DNA of 59,783 bases, filler included, from Basidiobolus ranarum (lineage: Eukaryota), in assembly GCA_040143965.1 (NCBI GenBank). It is 7 parts of 7 records of this genome, joined end to end, with 100 filler letters (N's around TTAATTAATTAA, not from the genome) between each part and the next. Parts side by side here need not be neighbours in the genome. Positions count along the whole stretch, not along the records: positions 51,348 to 59,783 come from JASJQH010007845.1; 6 more parts are not named here. One strand, written 5' to 3'. Below are positions 51,831 to 59,783 of this stretch, one piece after another. A program made the position numbers and the translations under genes. Below the pieces are notes generated by a model. It searched no databases. It worked only from the letters and a program-made list of their open reading frames with translations, and was not told the origin of the DNA. Numbering within the stretch: the stretch's first letter is position 1; every line of letters begins with the position of its first letter.

Positions 51831-53930
51831 AGGGGGAGGAAGCAATAACAAGTGTTGGATTAAGCAATAAATTGCTAGTCTGCATGCCATTCAAGATATC
51901 TATCAACATGGTTCTTGTAAATGAATGAAACCAACTGTCTATATAGCCTTTTAGCTTGGTAATTCTCTACCTTGCCTCAGTTAGGGATCCCTATTGCTGC
52001 TGAATTTGTCTACATGTGTTAAGAAGCATTTTATGATGTATTCACTCTTGATACTCAGTCAATGCTTTCTTGGCATGCATGTAGGCTCCTGCCAAACAAT
52101 CATTTGTTACAGTGGTAATTGTAATATGTTTTGAAGCTAGCAGACTTTCTGGAATACTTTGGAAACATGTTTGCCGGTATCTTTTGCCTCTCCTTTGACA
52201 GCCCCTTCCCCTTTAACCTCTGCTTCCACCTCTTCTTTAGTTTTCTGGCTGTGTTGATTGAAGGCTGGAAGTAGATGATTCAGTGGATGTTTGCACTACT
52301 ATAGGAGTTGATTGCCTATCAGTCATATAAGGTGGATAGCCATTTCTTCTGACTGCTATCAGCCATATTTATATGCAACTATGAGAGCCAATATTTGGGT
52401 TTAAACTTGAAGCTTATTTCCACACATGTCTCACAGATTGTCAACAATTTGTTTGTTTTTACTATTACATTATAACTCATGGTTGTTTGATAGGGACTGA
52501 TGCAAGTCATTCAAAGAATAAAACTCATGTATTCCATTCATTAACATGCAGACTTGAGCAGGCATTAAAGGTTCTCTTTCTGGCACTAATGCTAGCCTTT
52601 GCTCCAATTCTCAGAGTGCTATACATATAGCTTGGTATTGGGGAATGCTTGTACTGAGATGCACAAGCTAACAAATTGCATTAGTTGCCTTTGCTCTATT
52701 TCTATTTAGAATAGTAGAATTTTGGGCTTTTTGGTGCTTATTTGCAGCCAGTTATTCTACAGTGCCCAATGCATGGGTAGTTTGGTTCCTACTAGGCATC
52801 ACTGAGTTTTGGGACTGTAGATTGGCTATTGTCCCACTTTTAACAATGCCTTTGCCTCCTCTAGTATATAGATGAAGGTAGCAATCTTGATATTTTGTGG
52901 CAAGATCTTGCTTAAACCTGTAAATAAATCATCTTTGATAAGATTTACACATTGTTATATAGCAAAGGTAGAAATGAAGCATGCTTCATCATATCAACTA
53001 TCACACCTAGCCACAATCTATACTCTCATCTTTCATTAATAATATACTTTGTAAATGTTGACATGTCAGCTATTATGATTAAGTATAGCCATTGTATTTC
53101 TCTGGAGCAATTGAAATGTGCAGTGGCTTGTCTGTAATCACTGTGATAATAGTTAGTAGTAACTTATGCCACCCTACTATAGTGAATATGGAAATTAAGT
53201 AATTTCAAACATTTTCAGGTTTGAGAATGTCACATGAAGAGCTAGATTATGGTCATTGTATTACACATACCAACAAAATAAAGGTTTTAGAAATTTGTTC
53301 ATGCTTGTAGTGCACATTTAATGATTGAAGATCTTCCTACCTCCTATATAATCAGTAAAACTTGGGCAAGCCCAATCCTTCCTATATACTAGTTATTTGA
53401 GTAAATTGTGACAGAAGGGTGTACATGGGCATTGCTTCCCCTATATCTCCTGCTTTCTTTTTATACTGGGAGGACTGCATCCCTCAGACCCCTTGTTTTC
53501 ATCCTTACCCTTGCCAGAACATCTATACCCTATACTTGAAAAAAGTATTGTCTCAGAATTCTCTGAGGAAGTACATGATAGGCTTGATTGGGAGCCAATT
53601 ACTCATTGCTTCCAAGAAAATGATGGTATACCGCTTTATGTTCCCGTTTCTTTAAAGGACACTCTGCTTAAAAGATTTACTTCACATCTAAAAAATTCAC
53701 TCTCTCCATTTATCACAAAATTTATGAAAGACTTCTACATTTCCCAAGCTAAGGTGCTTCATCCCAACACTTTTATTTTATATAATGAGATTTGGGTAGC
53801 TGCCCTAAACAGGTCTTAGTTAGCTTGACCTTTGACTTTTACTTTCATCTTGGCTTCTTTATTTATTTGTGTTGTATGACTTGAGATAAATAGAGATTAC
53901 ACCTTCTGGTGCTTTTCATCCCCTCTAAGC
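51831..53930. mobile_element. Decayed transposable-element relics, class uncertain
   Basis: Nearly devoid of CpG, with stop-riddled frames. Weak LINE-ORF2-like tail (LYNEIW..) at 53493-53819. Abuts an LTR. Confidence 0.5.
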
Positions 53931-54793
53931 ATGCGAGTACACCTAATCCCCTGAATTTGGATTCTCCCGCAACTAATTGGGAATATACAGTCACTGTCAC
54001 CAGTGCTGGAAAAGTAACAGTAGTTGTAACCATGATGGATACCCAGCCCACGAGATTTACAAGCGAGTGCCACACCAGTACAAATTTACACTTATGATCC
54101 ATGTAAAACTGACGATACCATTTTATCCATATTTCCCCCCATGGAATGCTCAGTAAATAAGACAGCTTAAGACGAGATTGACGACTGGTGTATCTGTAAA
54201 ACTGTTCAAGATGAAATTAAAGCTAGTTTATCTTCTAATCAATCATTTTATCCTCATTGCCTTCAACTATGAACAATCAGAGACCATCGATTCTATTTAG
54301 GCTTCACTGTTAAAATGAACGAAAATATGAATAGTAGGCAAAAATAGCCGAGGAAAACCAATCAGCCATATAATTGGTTGATGAGCAACAAATAGAAACA
54401 TTGATTTTCGAATTCTACAGTTAAAAAATTCACGTTCAGGGCACCAATCTCTTTGGATGAAAAAAAATCGCCTACTCCATTAGCTTGAAGAATTCTGTAG
54501 GTACATCATTTCAAATCAAGAACAATGACATATACATCCTGTATTCACATTAGATTTGATGCCTCCACATCAAAACTACAGGCACCAAGTGTAAACCAAT
54601 TCCAAAAATAGAGCTTAATTTGGTTACATTCATGTCACTTCTGACTTATTATGGTTGATAGGTACAGCCTACAAGCAAGAGTTCTCTAGATACCATTGAT
54701 CGAAAGAACATATTCAACCGAAATAAGAAAGTGACGGCTTTCACTTTATAATAGCTATCGATGAATCCCATAGTCAGAAGTATCTCTACAGTA

Positions 54794-54889
54794 GTCATAG
54801 GTTAGTGCTATTCTATATAGCAACGGTCATAGATTAGTGCTATTTTTTATAGCAACGGTCATAGGTTAGTGCTATTCTTTATAGCAACG
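54794..54889. repeat. 3 x 32-bp tandem repeat in a promoter
   Basis: Unit GTCATAGRTTAGTGCTATTYTWTATAGCAACG at 54794, 54826, 54858; TATATAAG at 54908. Confidence 0.92.
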
Positions 54890-54963
54890 AACGCCATAGA
54901 CAACTCGTATATAAGAAGATTTGTGATGCCCAGGTTGAACAGAAACTATACAACGATTACACT

Positions 54964-55483
54964 ATGAAATACTTGATCCCGACCATCCTTCTAGCTGCTG
55001 TTCTCATTACTAACAATGAAGCTGTGAAGAGCCTGGAATGCATGTAATGACGATCAGGTCTGCCTTATGAAATGTGATCAGCAAGTGATCGGTATTGGAC
55101 AATGCAAGTCCCAGTGTGACTTCACTAATCCAATCAAAGGAAGAGAATGTATTAGATCATGTATCGAAGAACATGTCTTCAACACTGTCGACTTGAGTAA
55201 AGGCCTCACCCGCTCTGCAAGTATGACTCCAACCACTACTCAAGTATTGCCAGAGGTGGCCGAGATAACATCGTCAACCCCAATTCCTACCGCGATAGCT
55301 AAGTTGACTCCGAATGACCATCAAAGAAATTGCTTTCAAAACTGTGCAGACAACAAAGAGTGTCTCTCCCACTGTGGTCAAGAGTTTGGATGGTGTAAAG
55401 CAGGATGTGACTTCTCGAATGTGGCCTTAGGTATCCAATGTATTAAAAAATGTCGCAATAAATATATATTTGGGGCCAATTGA
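54964..55483 (+). pseudogene. Secreted cysteine-rich protein with two 8-Cys modules; frameshifted (pseudogene or assembly error)
   Basis: The signal-peptide frame from ATG 54964 stops at about 55047. The Cys-rich frame is offset by +1 near 55033. No room for an intron. Confidence 0.75.
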
Positions 55484-56277
55484 AGGTTCTAAGATATGAT
55501 TTTGAAGCGTACACAAGTTGATAGATAAGTCTTAGTAGCGTTTGGACCATTTCGTAAAAGCTGTATCCAAGTGTTGTATACAATATAAATAAAGCAAAAA
55601 TCAAGAACTGGAATCAGATTTCGTAACATTTTATCACTCAAACCTGGAACGATCACAAACTATGGCTTGTTAGTATATTTGTGTTAATTTATTATTCTAA
55701 TGCTATATATATATGAATTACTGTTTACTTGAAAACAAAGCAAACGCTAACAAGAGTTACTAATAGAATTCAGTAAATAAAGCAAGCTATTTTTATCAGA
55801 AATCTCGATTATTAGCACTCCAATAGCTCATACATTATATTTATGAGAGCGATTTTTTCCCAGGTGCTCAAGTATGGGAGTGTGTATTGTTATGCTGGGT
55901 ATTGCTATGCTCTGACTCTAGATACGTACTTTAGTTACAAATTTCCAGTCTAACTAAATATCATCGCAGCTTTTTATTAACAATTCGTACTACTATACAA
56001 TCTCTACAATCAGTGAAGCGAGGTAAGCGTAGCCTAACCCTAAGCTGATTGACGAATAAGTGGCCACATATCTAATCTTCATATACGCAATTGAAGTCCG
56101 AACCAGCTAAACATAGACACAAATACGCCAATCAACAGACTTCAGGTGACTTGATGTTGATAAGAACTATCTGACCAGTAGCAATTGTCGACCCAATTGA
56201 AATAACTATATATACTTCAACAGAGGACATTAAAGCGAACAAATGCCTTATCTCAACCGTTCACTTTTCTGCTGATA

Positions 56278-57531
56278 ATGCAACTCATGATAAAGCCTAC
56301 AATTAGTTGTTGGAAGGAGCGCCTTGAAAACAAACTCTTCCCGATCCAATGGAGCTCACTTGAAAGTCAAGACAAGCAATTGGTAGAAAGCCGACGATAT
56401 CCTCGTCTGAAACCCAAGGTTTTCTTCTGTTGTTTTTTAGGAATCCTAGTTTGTATCTTAGGGTGGTTTTACTTCAGTAGAACCCCTGAAAACCCCGAAT
56501 ATCAAGTACAAAAATCTTGGTTCACTTCCGAAGAGGTTCAACAATTTAGGAAGTCCTATCCACCACTAGAATACTCACTTGAAACCCGTTCCTTAACCTA
56601 TATGCTCCATGGGTGTGTCTCTGGGTTTGGGAGTTTTGTTAATAATGCATTCAATTTATTCTTAATCGCTCTCGACAATAAGATGTCGTTCCATCTTCAG
56701 TCGCTTGACTGGTGTTATATATCCTGGTCAACCTTTTTTGAAGACTGGACAAGTAATTCTGCTACACCCATTAATTTGGACAGATATAACGTTACTGCAC
56801 AACGGTGGCATCCCGCAGAGGGGACATTCGCAGCCATCAATTCTACAAGCTTCAAGGGTCACTTATTTGTAGAGCATTGGGGAGAAAACTTCAATGAGTT
56901 TTATTACCATCAAGTAGAGAAGATTGAAGGCCCAGTTTTTGAAAGAAAGCAGTTGGTCGCGCAGGCATTATGGGAGCCCAAACCTCTAATTACCGACCTC
57001 ACTAAAGGCGTGCGGAGACACTATGTTGAAGAAGCAAACAAGGTGATGATTTCGATGCATATTCGTCGTGGAGATAAACTTGCAAATGAGATGCAAGATC
57101 TCTCTGTTTCCTTATATTCCGACAAAGTGATAGATTTATCCACTAACAAATACCCTGGGAGAAACATTGCCTTGTTTGTCTTCTCAGATGACGATAAATC
57201 CGTGACTGAACTAAGAGGCCTACTAGCGGACTACTTCAACATTGAAATATTCCTTCTTTCTGATGCGATTAGTCACACTCCATCTCTTGCAAAAAACTGG
57301 AAACCACTTACACAGCGTCAGGGCTATGATCAGGGTGATTTTAGTCGGGCCAATGAAGAGTATCGGTTTCGTCAAACAGCTGAACTGATAACTGACATTA
57401 CTTTAGCGGCTACAGCTGATGAGTTTATCTGTACCTACAGCTCTAATATTGGGCGATTGGTGACTCTACTTCGGACGAAGCCTCTTACTACTGTACATAG
57501 TTTGGACATAGAGGAATGGAGAAACAATTAA
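56278..57531 (+). CDS. Type II membrane GT23-like alpha-1,6-fucosyltransferase (FUT8/NodZ-related)
   Basis: N-terminal TM; GFGS, MHIRRGDK (motif I), LFVFSDD (motif II) and D...A.ADEFICTYSSNIGRL (motif III). Intronless. Confidence 0.82.
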   Translation: MQLMIKPTISCWKERLENKLFPIQWSSLESQDKQLVESRRYPRLKPKVFFCCFLGILVCILGWFYFSRTPENPEYQVQKSWFTSEEVQQFRKSYPPLEYSLETRSLTYMLHGCVSGFGSFVNNAFNLFLIALDNKMSFHLQSLDWCYISWSTFFEDWTSNSATPINLDRYNVTAQRWHPAEGTFAAINSTSFKGHLFVEHWGENFNEFYYHQVEKIEGPVFERKQLVAQALWEPKPLITDLTKGVRRHYVEEANKVMISMHIRRGDKLANEMQDLSVSLYSDKVIDLSTNKYPGRNIALFVFSDDDKSVTELRGLLADYFNIEIFLLSDAISHTPSLAKNWKPLTQRQGYDQGDFSRANEEYRFRQTAELITDITLAATADEFICTYSSNIGRLVTLLRTKPLTTVHSLDIEEWRNN

Positions 57532-57679
57532 TCATTCAAATTTCAATAAATTTCCATTTCGAGATTAATGAAAGATATATTTATCACCCTAACCTTAAGT
57601 ATACAGTCGTGGAGATATTGAGTGAAGAAAAAAGGAAGTTACCATTCATTGATAAATTAAAATTGCCATATATATACTG

Positions 57680-57720
57680 GGCAATAATCGAAATAGGCAA
57701 TAATCGAAATAGGCAATAAT
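57680..57720. repeat. 16-bp tandem repeat x2.5
   Basis: GGCAATAATCGAAATA GGCAATAATCGAAATA GGCAATAAT. Confidence 0.85.
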
Positions 57721-59465
57721 GCCACTATCTTTTGAAGTCGCGATGCTTAATCAGAATTGACTCCACACAAGCATCTCATCACCAACTGGAATATCACTTT
57801 TCACAAGTAGCATTTGCAATTCGCTCGCAACTCCTGTAGTACTCGTGTACCTGGTGCACCACGCAGGGTTACATGAATACGCTCAGTCAAGACTTGGCAG
57901 ATAATAATACTCCCGGATTCCGTAGTACACGACTGACAGTATCCGGAATCATCCTATAAAGATTCTTGACGAAGGCAACCCAAACCAGTTCCTGGAACCA
58001 ATACTTGCGATCTATTCTATAATTAGAACGAGGGGAGAAGCAGTCATGATAGATGCTTGGTATATTCAGGCAGTAGCTGAATTTATAAGTATTCGAGTAT
58101 GATACCAATTGCTACTCAACGGAATAATGGCTCTTTGGTAGATGGGGGTCTATATCATTCATATTCAAGTGAAGAAGATATAGTCAAGGTGATTGAAGGT
58201 TCTTGCTGTCTCAATATACAGTCTCCTATTTCTCATTAATTAATCACTTATTACCTTGCCATTTTGGAGTTACCCATCCACTCTGTATCACTTTAATGCT
58301 GTAATGATTTGTTTTAACAGGTGTTGGAATCACCAAGCAACAGGTTCTACATGGCATCCCTCATGTTTGCTGATATTTTTGGCTCCGTTCCAGGATATAT
58401 GGAAGTATTTTTCATGGCTTTTTTTCTGAATAGCTACTGAAAGTAGTGATGATGGGACTTTAGTGTTGCTAATTATGATTTACCGATGCAGGGAGGTTTT
58501 AGGTCATATTTCTTCACTGTCCAAATACATTACTAACAGGTTTGTTTTGAGTATCTTGATTGAGTCGAGCCTCAGAACTTCCTCGATATTTACCTACCTC
58601 GTGGTGGATTGGATCAGCCCACTTCGTTTGGTTATTTGACTGATTAGTGAACGAATTTGGAAACATGTAAATGTGTCATGTCATGGCAAAGAGGCATTTC
58701 TAAACCAATTGATAAATTCTATCCAGTGAAAAGCTAAATAATGTGAATACTGAAGTCAACAACACCAACATTATTTGACCACATCAGGATAGATGAAATC
58801 ACCATCGAAACATCCATTTAACTCATTGAATTTTCCGTTTATATAATCCTCGTCCATTAAGCATCACGTTTGACAGTCAAGGGAAACAAATCGATAATTG
58901 ATTTCCAAGGGCATAATTCACCTCAGTAGTAAAGTCCATAGAATTCGTTGCAAGGAAAAAACATTTTGTAACGTGTAGTATAGTTAACAATTTTAGAAGT
59001 AAATTCACTGCATGCAGCTAGGCCCAATTATCCTGCCTTGCTTGTATAATTGTTTATCCATGCTCTCGGATGGATTTTCATTGTATGAATATGCGCAGAT
59101 GATAAGGTCACTGTTCCTAATTCTGCGAATGGTTCATGCGAATGCTTCTATTTCACCATCGAATCAGGCAATCTGGAGATTCTCACTATGTGGAGAATAA
59201 TGTCGACAATGTAGCAATTCTGATGCATACATTCATCGATTTAAAACTCCAGGCGTACGTTATCAGGAGAGGGAATAGTTTGTAGGGGTATGATTTAGGA
59301 GTCTAAGGGGTAGAGGGGGAAGTCCAATTTCAACCACTTTTCCAATGAGTATATAAGTAACGAGTCACCCTCTATTCAAATTCACCCATCTATTATTGGA
59401 TTAATCTTTTCTAATCTAGATACCCAAGTTATCTTTTACTTTCTTTACATTAATACTTTATTATC

Positions 59466-59783
59466 ATGAAATTTTCCGCACCAAAGCTCCTTTGCATCCT
59501 TTCTGGTGTCGCTGCCATTAACTCTGCTACTATCGATCGTCGTTTCTGGGCAAGAAGTAACGGCGCTTATGATGTAACTGATGTCTTCAATGGAGGTGAC
59601 TCTGGTGGTGCTGGAAACGGTGGTGCTCCAGACTACTCCGGTAATGGTGGTGGTAATGGCGGTAATGGCGGAGGAAATGGTGGTTATGGCCCTGGAACCT
59701 GCGGGCGAACCGGCGGAGAAAATGGCGGAAATGGTGGGGGAAATGGCGGAGGCGCCGACGATACCGGAAAAGGTGGCAAGGGT
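59466..59783 (+). CDS. Secreted Gly/Asn-rich protein, 3'-truncated (absent from ORF track)
   Basis: MKFSAPKLLCILSGVAAINSATIDRR-FWARSNG...(GGN/GNG)n, open to the window end. TATATAAG at about 59350. Confidence 0.8.
   Translation, partial: MKFSAPKLLCILSGVAAINSATIDRRFWARSNGAYDVTDVFNGGDSGGAGNGGAPDYSGNGGGNGGNGGGNGGYGPGTCGRTGGENGGNGGGNGGGADDTGKGGKG

Noticed and set aside
54794-54889. CRISPR-like repeats
   Set aside because: Units are head-to-tail with no spacers, there are no cas genes, and the context is eukaryotic.
57850-58560. Splice-like signals (TACTAACAG) with short coding-like frames
   Set aside because: Could not assemble a consistent gene model.

Overview
Eukaryotic, AT-rich fungal DNA with short GT-AG introns. 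It looks like an early-diverging fungus (Basidiobolus-like by impression only; not verifiable from sequence). The window is not one locus: it is seven ~8.4-kb contigs of strictly decreasing length, joined by 100-nt N/TTAATTAATTAA/N linkers. Contig 1: FHIP/FAM160-like 3' end, three CreA/Mig1-type C2H2 paralogs embedded in a dense array of ATCWGATAA sites, and a solo LTR. Contig 2: three short HSF-type paralogs. Contig 3: verprolin, a Kre9/Knh1-domain secreted protein, a BRD7/9-like bromodomain protein ending in a GATA finger, and ARF1. Contig 4: NUP192, a RING-less GIDE/MUL1-like gene, MRPS12, an HGSNAT-like gene and copia debris. Contig 5: VOC glyoxalase, DBF4-like, REV3 3' end. Contig 6: FAB1 3' end and a class I PDE. 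Contig 7: a CpG-depleted TE relic, a frameshifted Cys-rich secreted gene, a GT23 fucosyltransferase-like gene and a Gly-rich secreted protein. Best candidate for something new: 15 perfect copies of the iron-GATA (SreA/Fep1/Sre1) extended motif around the CreA triplet, suggesting iron-gated CreA-like repressors.
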